64,000 nt of DNA from the NCBI RefSeq assembly GCF_006345805.1, contig NC_043008.1, positions 48,360,001-48,424,000 of the forward strand. Reading direction: 5' to 3'. The stretch's first letter is position 1. Each line of letters starts with the position of its first letter. Positions 1 to 12,454 of the stretch are shown in pieces. The stretch is from Octopus sinensis (lineage: Eukaryota). Below the pieces are notes generated by a model. It was not told where the DNA came from. It saw nothing but the letters and a program-made list of their open reading frames with translations, and did no database searches. Both the position numbers and the translations under genes were made by a program.

Positions 1-1524
1 ATTTTTTAATAGAATTTAAAAATGCAAAAGTAATTAGGATTATTTTCCTGCTTGTGAAGATAAGCCAAGATAAACCCAGAACTATTTCATTATCATGTTT
101 CTTTAAAAATAATTGCCAATATATGGTAAATGACCAAAGTATAGTAGTTGTAGTGAGACAAGAAGGCAAACAAGATATTAATTTATCTAAACAGTATTAG
201 CAAAAACAAATGTTTCTAACTTAGATTTGCTGATCTGCCTTTAAAAAAACCAGTAGTTATGAAAGGCAGCAACACATGGCCTGGCCCCCACTAACGGAGG
301 AGGAGGAGGCGGAGGCAGAAGTTAATGGAATTTCCTGTCAGTCACCTAGTTTGACAGGAAAAAACACTGGTTGTTATATACTCAGTGTGCAGCAGCAGCA
401 GCAGGAGAAATATGAAATAGCACACAAGTCACAACAGTAAAGTGGTGGGGGTTGTGATGAGGGGTGGGTGGCGGCGGAGATGGCAGTCATGCTGGTAACC
501 TAAGTGAAGGGCTCACTTAACTACATACCATGTCATTATATCAGTCTCAGACAACTTATTACACTGGCAAGTCACACACACTCACACACACTAAGTATTA
601 CTAAATCTAAACTGGCAAACAGTGAACCTTTATGTGATTGCTCAACCAACTAGAAATAGCAGCCAAATCTCCTTCATAGTCTATTCTGCCAGTTCAAAAC
701 GGTTGTGGAAAATAAAGAGGATGGGCCCTGGTGCATCATGGCTGCCCTGAGATTCACTTTTTGCATTAATTTCAGCTGAAATACGACACTGCCTTTGTTT
801 CAATTAATTTCTAGAAGAAGAAAAAACAACCCCAGTTATTCATCTGGTGTTTGTAAGAGAACATTGAAATTTAATGGAATGCTTTGATGCAGGGCAGTTT
901 AAAACTAGAAATTTACATCAGAGAACCAGGGGGCAGTCTTGGGTATGATGGTATCAAAAGATTTATACAACGGCCAACGTTGAGCTGTTATTACATTAAG
1001 ACATCTAAGTGATTGCTAGAAACAGCCCATCTATCCCACAACCGACTTCAAAAGAAGGACAATGTACTATGTAGTCATAATTGACTGAAAGAAAAAAATG
1101 TTGGATGGTCACAGCTGAAAAAGCTCTGATCGAGATTGACCCAGGGCTAAACAACCACATCTAATGATTCTGCTCCTTAAAAATATCCCACACTCTTCAG
1201 TGATGCCGTTCACGTTATGGATGATGGATGTAATTAAGGACAAACAAACTTTTTACAAACTTAAAAAATTTCTAGGCTTTTTATATTTTTGGCAAAAATC
1301 CATTCTGCTGTTTTTCTAGAATTGGAAAGTGTTTTTAAAATTTTCAAAAGCATTCCAACCATGACTCTCTCTTCTTTCTGTGTGTTCAAATTTCAACACA
1401 ACTAGAGACAAATCAAAACTTAAATTTAATTTGTGATGAAATGTATTATCATTTAACATCTGCCTCCCTTGCACGTAATGGGTTCTGGAAATACCACACA
1501 ACCAAACCACTAACAAGGGTCATT

Positions 1525-1733
1525 TTAATCCTTTAGCATTTAAACCAGCCACAACTGGCCAAAATATTCTGTTTTGTGATCAAACTAACCAGATCCGGCC
1601 TCTCACACCAGCCCTATAAAATCATTCTAAAAATTAAGTTACCTCACCAAAATCTCATAGCTAAAAAATAACGCAGGATTAATTCAAAATAAGCATTACT
1701 GTGGAGAGAATAATGTGAATGCCAAAGGGTTAA
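1525..1733. mobile_element. piggyBac-type MITE
   Basis: TTAA-(T)CCTTTAGCATT ... AATGCCAAAGGG-TTAA: short TIRs with a TTAA target duplication. A related partial copy lies at about 7274-7490. Confidence 0.7.
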
Positions 1734-3099
1734 GGTATGGTCACCTCGGGTAGTTGCTTGAGGGCCTCACAGATCTAAGGGCCCAACAGTCATAAGAAAA
1801 TGTTGTAACCCTTTACTCAGTGACCTGTATTGCTGTTAAGATGGCTCTGCCACTAATAGAAAACTACCAGGTATTTAGATAACATCACCTGAAAAGACCG
1901 AATATGGTCAAAACAAACGAGCTTGAAAGGAATTCTTCAGAAATTGACATTTTTCTTTTCATTTTATATTGTCTCTATTTGAGGTGAAATCTGAAGGTAC
2001 CATGGGTAGGTGTCTACTACTATGGCCTTCATCTGACCAATGCTTTATAAATAAAATTGGTCCAACAGAGTACATCTATGCATATCAACCAACAAACAAA
2101 CCTCCAGATGGTAGCCCAATAATCTGCTAGAAATAGGAATCAGATCACACCTTAACCATATCAAATAAGGGGACACATTGTACAATATCATCCTAGATAC
2201 ACTGTTGCCTTTATATAAAAGATGTGATAAGAGACTATAGTTCTTGATAAACAGATGGATGGTCACAACCAGAAAGCAAAGGTTCGTTCAGTCAACACCG
2301 ACATGACATATCTCTCCACTTCATGAAGAACACACTGCATCATGGTTCTCAAACCATTTCCACTCATTTACCTCTTCTCCTCAATGTATTTTACTATTTA
2401 CTCTGCTCCTTACTCCCATGCTACAAATATAGCTACTCCCACCTACCCTTATATAATACAAAGCAGCCAGGTTTCTCCTCTGTAGTAAGACATTTGTACC
2501 CAGCCATCTATCAAAACTTTTGCCCCTAAACAACTGGCAATAAAACCACCTCCCTCTCTACTACAACCCCACTCAGTCTCAAGGGTCTTTATCTGGTGAC
2601 CTCACTGGTGCTGGTGCATAAAAAAAAATGCACCTTGTACACACTGTAATAGGGGTGACATCAGAAAATGCACTCAGTTGTAGAAACCAAACAAAAACAT
2701 TGAACTTCAACACAATCCTCTCCAGCTCATTGGATTATATCAAACCATCCAGATCGTTATACATAAAAGCAGATCTATGCCCAAACACTGCCTTACACAC
2801 ACACACGCTGATGAAGATACTCCATATGAGTCAATACTCAAGGAGTACTTTCAGTAGCTATTATGTATTGCAGTTTATTAGGTTTTTAAATTTACTTACA
2901 CACTAGAGTATTTCCTTTATTAATAATAACGAGTAAATTTATTTCTAGATTGAATGTTGAGGAAACAAGTTCAAACAATCCTGCTGTTAACTTTCCTTTA
3001 TACAGTTTCACCAACATCAAGTTTATGCTGTTCCTATACAATGGAGTTTGTAAAAATTCCAGTCATCTCCATACTTAATAGTCCTTGCTGATAGAGTAT

Positions 3100-3575
3100 C
3101 ATCCTTTCTACTACAAGCACAAGGCCTGAAATTTTGGGGGAGGGGAATAGTTGATTACATCGACCCCAGAGCCCAACTGGTACTTATTTTACTGACCCTG
3201 AAAGGATGAAAGGCAAAGTCAACTTTGGTGGAATTTGAAGATCAGAATGTAGCAACAGGTGAAATACCTTTTTTTTTTTTTATTGCCCACAAGGGGCTAA
3301 ACATAGAGGGTACAAACAAGGACAGACATAGGTATTAAGTCGATTACACCGACCCCAGTGCGAAACTGGTACTTATTTAATCGACCCCGAAAGGATGAAA
3401 GGCAAAGTCGACCTCGGCAGAATTTGAACTCAGAACGTAACGGTAGACGAAATATGGCTACGCATTTCGCCCGGCGTGCTAACGTTTCTGCCAGCCCACC
3501 GCCTTTACAACAGGTGAAATACCACCAAGCATTTCATCCAGTGTGCTAACGATTCTGCCAGCTGACCAGCTTTTT
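3100..3575 (-). mobile_element. SINE family A (tRNA-like head GGCGAGCTGGCAGAATCGTTAG, central GCCTTTCATCCTTTCGGGGTCGA), outer copy
   Basis: The same motif recurs more than 15 times in the window. This copy is interrupted by a younger copy. Confidence 0.75.
3269..3507 (-). mobile_element. Young SINE family A copy nested in an older one
   Basis: 16-bp TSD CAACAGGTGAAATACC at 3253-3268 and 3508-3523. Poly(A) tail appears as a T-run on the + strand. CpGs are retained. Confidence 0.85.
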
Positions 3576-3789
3576 GATAGAGTATAATGGTGACATGGAA
3601 AACACTGGAATCGACTCGACTACAAAACATTCACTACAAATGATTGATGGTTTTACAATGCAAGTATCACTGTTGTACTTAACTCAGTAAAGATGTCATT
3701 CTGGTAAATGTAGGACTTTCAGGTTATAAAAAAAAAACATTGTGTGTGTGTATAAGTACATCATCATCTTTATTTTCATGTCCGCTTTT

Positions 3790-5010
3790 TATTATCATCA
3801 TCATTTAACATCCGTTTTCCATGCTGGCATGGGTTGGATGGTTTCACTGAAAACTGGTAAGCTGGGGAGCCACACCAGGTTCCGACAGCTTGGTGCCTTC
3901 CCTAACGCCAACCACTCTGAGAGTATAGTGGATGTGTTTTTTTTTACATGCCACAGGCATGGATGCCATTGACCTGACACCAGCATCGGCCATGACTACG
4001 GTCTCACTTGGCTTAACAGGTCTACACAAGCATGGTACTGGGTCATGCCGTAAATAAGGCAGTTTTTGTTCAATTGTATGAACTAAAAGTCAGAAGGGAA
4101 GGGATAAACTACCTGCATCAACTTCCTTTAAAAGCAGGTAGTAATTTTCCCTTTCCTTATTCTTAGTGCAAGTTTTGAAGAGTGCAGTTCAATCTTAACT
4201 TTTTTTTTTCCAAAGCATATTCAGCATATTTTGCTTTATGAGTTCAATAAAGGCAACAACACAACGGAAAATGCGAGGAATATTAATGCAGTATATGGGG
4301 ATTGGATAATAAGCATAAGCCAGTGTGAATGGTGGTTCCAGAAATTCCAAGCTGGAAATTACAGCCTAGAAGACAAGCCTCGTCCTGGAAGATCTGTGGA
4401 GCTCAACAAGGACATCCTGCAAATCCTGGTGGAACAAAATCCTATCATAACTGTTGAGGAACTAGCAGAGAAGCTTGGATTCAATCAGTCATTCAAGTTA
4501 GCAGTAAAAAGAAAACGACCATCTCTGGTTTCAAGAGGAAATGTATTCTGCCATCAGGATAATGCTCAGCCGGATACAGCGAGGATGACATTCCTAAGGC
4601 TGGCTCAGTTTGAATGGGAAACGATGCCCCATCTGATTATCATTTATTCTGCAATCTTAAAAATCATTTGGACAGAAAAAATATGAATTCTGTAGACAAG
4701 GTCAGAGAACAATACTGGTGGAGTAGGTTCCAGCATGGACAAGTGAATTTTGGAAGAGGGGCCTTGCAAGTCAACCCGATAGATGGAAGAGCATTGTAGA
4801 AAATGAAGGAGAGTATATTTTAGATTAAAACAGAACTTTATATTAATTTTGAAAAATAAAAGAACTATTTAAAAAAATCACATTATTTATGGGATGACCC
4901 AATATATTGCCCAAGGTCTCGGTCACCTGTCACTGTCTCCACGAGGCCCAAAGCTCCAACAGTGCCTTTTACATACCACCAACACAGGTGCCACTCAGAT
5001 GGCACTGGCA
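3790..5010 (-). mobile_element. SINE/LINE-tail family C element (ends ...AACGATGATGATG), split by a mariner
   Basis: CATCATCATTTAACATCCGTTTTCCATGCTGGCATGGGTTGG...CTTCCCTAACGCCAACCACTC motif is shared with many copies. The sequence resumes after 4904. Confidence 0.6.
4038..4902 (+). mobile_element. Internally deleted, decayed mariner transposon
   Basis: TA-flanked TIRs CTGGGTCATGCCGTAAATAA / TTATTTATGGGATGACCCAA. Translation LYEFNKGNNTTENARNINAVYG...WFQKF..GNYSLED.PRPGR (HTH), HQDNAQP and APSDYHLF, with frameshifts and a central deletion. Confidence 0.92.
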
Positions 5011-5799
5011 TTTTGAATGAGTCAAATGAAATTCAATGGGTAGACTTTCTACACCCAGATACTCTTCCCATTGCTGGCCATCACTTATTTCCAACTAAGG
5101 TAATATGACCAGGCAGGTTTTCACAGAAGATTGAAAAAAAAAACGACACCGCTTGTATGATGGTGACACTCATTTACATCTATCATGCAACGTCAAGACA
5201 AAGACATACCGGATGCTACACAATTTACATCAACCATCTCCACTCACAAGGCTTTGGTTAACCTTAGAGTACAGAAGAACACACTTGCCAAAGGGACTTA
5301 ATCCAAAACCACATAGGAAGTGAATTTTCTATGCATGCATGCATACATGCTTGCATGTATGTATGCATAGCTGAATGTTGAACAAGTTTGCTATGTAACA
5401 ACACCATTCTGGGTCCGATTGATCTCACCATGCAGCTGTGGCAGGCAACTGTCTTCTATTATGGATGCAAGTTGAATAATACTTTGCAAGCATAATTTTG
5501 TAGACAAAAGCTGTTTCGTGTGTCTGTCCCACTCCATGTCAAGTGTTTTGACACAAAACTGCCAATTTAGAAGAAAAGAATTTGGTGCTGGGTCAAAAAA
5601 GATAATTTAACAAATGCATGGAATCAAGTCAGACACACAAGAGAAAATAAAAACGTATGACATCTGGTGGTTTACAGTTCAAACCCTAGCACAGCGGATT
5701 CGAAAGTGATAAAACAGGACAAAAAAAAAACAAATAAAAAAAAACATTTTAAATTCCAGTAAATTATCTAAACAGCTCTGAATTTACAGATATGTGATT

Positions 5800-6043
5800 A
5801 GAATGTCACAGGAAAGAATCACAAAATGGATTCTTCAAGCCGAGCCAACTAGCAGAAGACCCAAGGGTAGACCAGGAATGGGACGGTTGGATAATATGCA
5901 CAGTTCCAGTTGATCACACTTAGGATCCCAACCAGAAAGTCTAAGGACAGTTGCTTCTGACAGGACCCTATGGGGGAAGGCGCCTGAAGACTCTACCCTT
6001 CAGGACCCTCACAGGGATGGTAAATGGAAAAGATGGATGGATA
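5800..6043 (+). mobile_element. 3' fragment of RTE/Expander-like LINE
   Basis: Encodes SRRPKGRPGMGRLDN (cf. KRPRGRPRTRWLD at the RTE RT C-terminus) and ends in a GATGGATGGA tail. Confidence 0.5.
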
Positions 6044-6086
6044 ACTAATTAAAATTAGACTAATTCAACTTGTTATGTCAACTGAT

Positions 6087-6629
6087 TTAACCATTTCATG
6101 ACCAAATGTCTGTTGTAATGTCTATCCCAGTAAATTCTTAAATAATAAAGAATTTAGTAAAATAACTGCATTTATTAAGTTGGTGGGTAGAGCATAATAT
6201 GAAATTTTGATGGAAGGTTTTAATTTAGATCCCCTTAAATCAGTGTATTTGCATCATGGAACCAGGTGGCAAGCTGGGGTACGTTGGTATGACTAGCACT
6301 CCATTGATTACAACGATGCGGGTTCCGGTTGACCTGATCAATCAGACAACCTGCTCTTGTAATTAATGAGCACATTGCTGAGCAGCACTGCACAGACACA
6401 CCTACCCTTGACATGGTTCTCAGGAAGATTCAACATGACACACTGTTGGTCCTTTGAACTACAGGTACAACTAAGTTTTGCCACTTGAATGTATCAGAGC
6501 AACATGAAATAAAGTATCTTGCTTAAGGATACAATGCACCACTGGGGATCGAACACACGATTTATAAATTCTGAACCGAACATCCTAACCATTAAGCCAT
6601 GCTGCAAGTGTTGGTATGGAAAAGGTTAA
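6087..6629. mobile_element. piggyBac-type MITE carrying a nested SINE
   Basis: TTAA-CCATTTCATGACCAA ... TTGGTATGGAAAAGG-TTAA. The body is similar to 54344-54571. Confidence 0.65.
6292..6609 (-). mobile_element. SINE family D (tRNA-derived) nested in a MITE
   Basis: TSD GTTGGTATG at 6283-6291 and 6610-6618. Minus strand has A-box TGGCTTAATGG and B-box GTTCGATCC. Confidence 0.75.
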
Positions 6630-8554
6630 TCAATGACCACACACCAAGTTAAATGGTTTAATCAATGTCCACAAACTTAGCAGCCAAACAAGATAATTCT
6701 CAAGATATAATATCAAGCAAACTTTAAATTTCTACAGAAGCCTGTAAAAAAAAAGAATCATAATACATTTTTTTTTTTATAGCTTCCATTTCCAAACATA
6801 AACTGTCACCAGTAGCAACATTAACTCTCATCCTCTCAGAATTCATAAAATATAAGTCATCAAAAAGCAGTTCTCTTCTTCTTCCAAAAGAGGAAAATAA
6901 AAATTCTATAATAAACCAAATTCCTGATATTCTAGAGAATGATCCAACTGCTATGAAAGACCAACATTGTCCAACAAAGTGAAATTTGGTGGTGCTGCAC
7001 ACAAACACACCATTTGGACCATATAGGAGGTTGTGTCACAAACCAACACATGAAGATCGAAACAAACACACAAAACACGTGCATCAGCCTCTAAGTAATA
7101 ACAACTGAAGGACTGCCAGGAGATCTTCAGTCCTCATCAGATCGACCACAATCTCTACAATACAATATTAGATCAACAGTAACATCTGTACTTAGAATAA
7201 CAAACTTGAAAAGACAACCAACAAAAAAAAAGCAAAAGTGAAGGATTACATTTTAACCAGACAACACCTGCCTTTAACCCTTTCGCATTCAGATTACCTC
7301 ATCTAATGCAATGCTTATTTAGTTGCATGCTTTGAATTAATCACTCAGTATCTTGTGGCTTTGAAATTTCAATGATGTGATTGCGGATTTTTAGAATGAC
7401 TTTGTAGGGTAAGTATGAAAGGCCAGATCTAGTCAGTTTGAACTTAAAACAGGCAGAATATCTGGGGCAGGATATGACAAAATCTTTAAAAAAAAAGGAA
7501 TTATTGTTAACTCTCAAAACCATGATTATGGCCTTTTGACAGATTTCTTAGTAACAGGAATAACAGATAAATACTGTAAATATCAGGACAGTCCCCAATC
7601 CCACCCCCACCCCTCTACAGCTGGCATCAAAAGTGACTTAACTTTATTCAATAAATCAACTATTTCAAGGAATTCAAAAAGTTAAGCTGATTATGAAGTT
7701 TGTCTTTGAGTCATGCATCAATAATCTCGTGGCAGCAGTTTAAAAGAATTTACACCAACTTGCTCTTTGCGAACACATAATTACATAGAATAGAGATAAC
7801 TAATTACTAGTTAGGGTTGTTCACATTAGCTAGGCAGCAGGATTAAACAGGGGACACCGAATATTTATTGTATATTTCTAGTTCAAAACCAAGAAGAATG
7901 TTACCAGAGTTTGGTTTGTGAGAAAGTTGATTTATGAATAATGAGGTGGTGGAGTTGGGGGTGGGGGCAACTAGTGAATTAGTTGAGTCATCAGGAATGT
8001 AATGTATAATACACTTTAATAATCCATTATATTATCAAGTGTACAGCTGAATGGTGGCAGAGTTGTTAAAGTTGTCGTTTCAAATTGTGTACACATGGAT
8101 TTATGTGGCAAGTGACATCCAGCTTTAGAACCTTTCTTCGAGTGAGTGAAGATATAGGTTGGCAGATCTAGTTAACCCTTACAACAATTTAAAAATAAAA
8201 GACGGGGTGGGTGCAAGAATAACCAAAGTGGTGCCAACTATGGCCCAAAAGAGTGTCCTAATCACCATTATCTTACAGAAAATAAACCAAGATGTTAACG
8301 AAATAACAACTTTAAGGAAGAAACAATCAACAAGGAAAACAAGACAAATGACATTAGAAATAATGATGACTTCCACAAGAACAACGGTCAGGATGGTCAT
8401 AATATTCAAGAGTGATGACAATGATGATGATGGTAGCTAAACTTGATGCAATTTGTGGGAAGAGCGATTGTATAGACACCAATATAATAAATGCAATGTC
8501 TTTTACCATCAACCGTAACCCTCAGAATGTAGAAGAAGGAAGCTTAATATGTTT

Positions 8555-8930
8555 GATGTGTGGCTACAAAGTTAAGTCCACTTCCTGACCCCATGGTTTC
8601 AGGTTCAGTCCTTGTGTGTAACACTTTGGACAAATGCCTTCTGTTATAACCTCAGAACAGCCAGAGCCTTGTGAGTAGATGGTGTTTGTGTGTGTGTGCT
8701 TAGGTTTCCTTCTCCAGATGTTGTGTGACAGTTGTAAACGAGCATCTTTATCATACTGATGGTGTCTATTTCCAGTCCTCCATGGAAAAATGTTCAGCCA
8801 CAGAGAAAATTATTACTTTTCTTGAAAATAGGTGCGGGTAACAACAGGAAGGGTGTCCTACTATTATAGGAAATCTATCTCAAATTCTGTCTGCACACAT
8901 GGAAAAGTGGGTGATAAACCAATAATGATA
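8555..8930 (+). mobile_element. SINE family B (tRNA head plus CORE-like ACCTTGGGCAAGTGTC, internal TG repeat, family-C-like tail)
   Basis: GGTTCAGTCC B-box and ACTTTGGACAAATGCCTTCT. Similar to 43605-44020. Confidence 0.55.
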
Positions 8931-9462
8931 TATCAAGAAAGCAACCAAACTCATTCCATATCATTACTCAGTTCAATGCGCCTCTCTGCAACATTTTTTT
9001 AAAAAGTCACAGCTACCACAGCATTCAAGCAACAAACTGCTCCTTCGGGGCTGACCTTAAATTTCCTGTTGACTGATGATGCAGGTTTGGCAAAAAAAAA
9101 AAAACCCACTGACCCTACCTACCTACAGTTATAGGTGTGAAAGTTATTAGCCTTGATGTTTTCTCATTGAAATTTAATACTAAAAACAGACCTGACCCTT
9201 TTGCTGGGAGTGCAGGTATGACCAAATGATTAAGTTCCAGGTCCCATCCCATTATGTGGCACCTTAGATAAGTGCTTCCTACAAATGCATTACATTGATC
9301 CAAGCCTGTTTGTGAGTGAAATTAGGCAAGCAGTGCCTATACTTCAATGGGACAGACTCTAATGTGCTATCATTTCTCTCCCACAAGTATTGGAAACAAA
9401 GCCAGGAGGACTACAACTCTTCCTCCTTTCACTAAACCATAATTTTTTTTTTTTTATTAAAC

Positions 9463-9816
9463 ACTATCACTATGACCCAGCAACACCAGATCATAGTGCT
9501 AGTGCATGCATATACAGCTGCGTGTGCACATACACGCGAGTACTGCCCAAATCTCCGACCGATCACATACAGCTAGCTGGCATTCAATTGGCGTATCAAG
9601 TTTCGGGCATTTTGATTGGGTTTTGGATAGAAAATCCTCAAAAAGTCACTCCTATTGATTTTTTAATGGCTTTACGGGGTGACTGGGGAAATGTAAAGAT
9701 GTGCACCCTTGGACGGTTTTGAATGACCATAGAAAGTGCAAGCGATCTAACTGAAAAATTGTGGAATTGTATAAAGGACACACACAGACAGGCATTTTGC
9801 CGTTTATATATATAGA
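9463..9816 (-). mobile_element. Non-autonomous Helitron-like element
   Basis: Minus strand starts TCTATATATATAAACGGCAAAATG...(TG)n and ends in a GC hairpin plus CTAG-like terminus. No TSD seen. Confidence 0.5.
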
Positions 9817-12454
9817 GAGATGAACCTTCAACCACCTCTCAGAAAGGGTGAGACTATTTCTGACAGAAAAATCCCAGTTCTAACCATTGTTAAATTGCAT
9901 ACACTGACTTATCATGCAAGGCCTAAGATTCAGAAGGCAATGAGAAATGTGAGTGTGTGGTGGTGTTCATGGTTTTCTGAAAGACAACAGAACTAACAGC
10001 GAAATTAAATGGCATCAAGAATCAAAATTCGATGCCAACATGGTGTTTCACATTTTCTCACCAACCAGGCAAGCCATTTGGTTGATAATAGTTGGGAACT
10101 AGTTTCACTTTGTAAAAACTAAATCACTGAACAGCTTTTACCAACACAGATCCATCATTAGGAAGCTTAATTCTACCGTTTCCCTTTAATAAACAGATCT
10201 CAGCATTTAAATAGATTCCACTCTTCAGAAATTCATGGCAGTATTCTAGGCATTGCTTACCAGCTGGGATTGAATGATGCCAACATCATGTAGGAATTGC
10301 TTCTAAGAATATTAAAAAAAAAAAAGAGAGAGAGAAATCTTGACAGAAGAAATATCAGCTGTGAATGCAGAATAAAGATGGGAGTAATGGAACCCAGGTA
10401 GAACTCAATATACAAAGTTACAACTGAAAGTATTTTAAATGATCCCCACCCCCACCCCTTTCAACAATTGTGTAACCACTGAATGCCTGGTTAGTAAATT
10501 AACTTACACCTAGGGTGCTCACTTAATAGATATTCCAGAAGCCCTACCCTCCGCAGGGGCAATTTCACTGCAGCTTTCAGATAAAACAAATGTAAGACTT
10601 CAGAAACTATGTAATATTAGAGAATTGGGTGTCAAGCAGAAAAGCTCAATTAGGTGTGAAGGCCTATAAAAGATGATCTGAAAACTCAACATTTCCACTG
10701 CAGCCAAATATATTTACAGCTTCCTTTCGAGGACATATTTACTCAACTACTTCTATTAGAAAGCATTAACGGTCCTACTTCACTAGCAAATTCACCACAC
10801 AAAACTAGTACTGAGATGAAAACCATAAAATTTATTGTTGTGTAAAAATGAAAACAAAACTATTTGAAGTTGAGTAAAACAAGAAAAGTTAGGGAAGTAA
10901 TTCTGAGAGGGGAAGAAGGATGACTATGTTGGTGTAAACACACACCAATGGGTAATAGCTGTTAGGTGTGAGAATGTTTGGGTCTGAGGCAGAATTAGGG
11001 TTGAGTGAGATCAACTGACTGGACTGCCAGTACCGCCTGGCTGGCCCCCGGGGAGGGTGGCACATAAAAAGCACCCACTACACTCTCGGAGTGGTTGGCG
11101 TTAGGAAGGGCATCCATTATATTCTGACATATGGGTAACCTTTCAAGTATAATCTAACAAATTGGATTTTGTATTTGCAATGAGAAAATTAAGAACTTTA
11201 CTTTGTGATCGTAAACAGAACATTATTAAACTATTGTTGATTCATTTTGTGTTCACAGAACTAAAAGCATGGTTGTGGAAATCTTTACAAGTCAACATCA
11301 TTATCAATTTTACTCCAAACTGTCATGAATTGAGTCAACAATACATCAGATTTATCTTCATCATCATCATGACTGTAGTATACTCATTGCCTAAAATAAT
11401 ACCAAAATCTAATTCTTCAATACCAGAAAGAGTGCCTCATTCAGATGGTATCTGGAAGGCCAGGGAATAGTGCTAGGGTAGTTATACAAAATAGTTGACT
11501 ATAAACTTACAGTGATGTCTATTTTCAGCTCTGTTGACTTAAGTAGGTGTAGCAGAAGATTTACATGGAACGGCAGTTAACAATTTTCTCTCTGAGGCAA
11601 TCAGTCTTTTTTTTTTCAGTTTCACAAAGGTTATGGTGACCCTACCCCACACAACAAAATGAGATTGTAACCCTAGAACTGGAGTACATTAAATTAGGGA
11701 TATAATTAATACATTAGGGCTTGTATCAGTGACTGTATTTACAATTATGAGTTTAGGCTGGCCCAGTAAAATAACAGACTGTAAAACTATATTGTGAAAT
11801 GAAATTCAGAACACTAATGGTATCTTATACACTCTTTACAATATCGTATATATATATATATGTGCATGCACACAGTTAAAAGAAAAGCACTGACCTAGTC
11901 TATATAATTACACGTAATTCAAATGAATTTACTGGTGGAAGACTTAAATTGTAAATAATAAAGCCACACATTTATAGAAGAAAATAACCTGATTAATCAC
12001 ATAACTTCAGGCACGAAAGGAAAAACCATTTCCCAGACTAACCAGGAGTTTACCCTTTGTTCTATAAACATTCAAAATTAAAATTTCTAACATTATCAAA
12101 TCAAAACTCCGGATCTTCTACGTAAATTTGTATCTAGTTCACGTCTCGAAATTGCTGAAATCTGACCAAAGTAACAATACACTAACGGAAAAGAGGGGAT
12201 ATATTGGTGGCAAGCAATGAAATTAAATCAATGCCCCATCCCTAAAATAGGGGAAACATCAGTCAGTGTGATTGCATTCCTTTAAATCACACATCATAAC
12301 ATACAACCGTCACACTGGATTCGCATTTCAATTACTCCATTGAAATATGTAACAACATTGTTGTTGTCTGATGGAGCAGATCTAGAATCAAAAGATAATC
12401 CAGACATGACCATCCCGTTTATTTTGTTTGTTTTACACTATTTCATTGTCATTT

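Noticed and set aside
521-535. Minus-strand ATG|GTATGT single-codon phase-0 exon
   Set aside because: A 9-nt match is expected by chance in this much sequence, and there is no clear CpG island support.
2806-2856. CTGATGA followed by a hairpin as a hammerhead candidate
   Set aside because: No GAAA or closing stem I/III could be placed. Similar partial candidates near 8110-8148, 49735-49765 and 57975 were also rejected.
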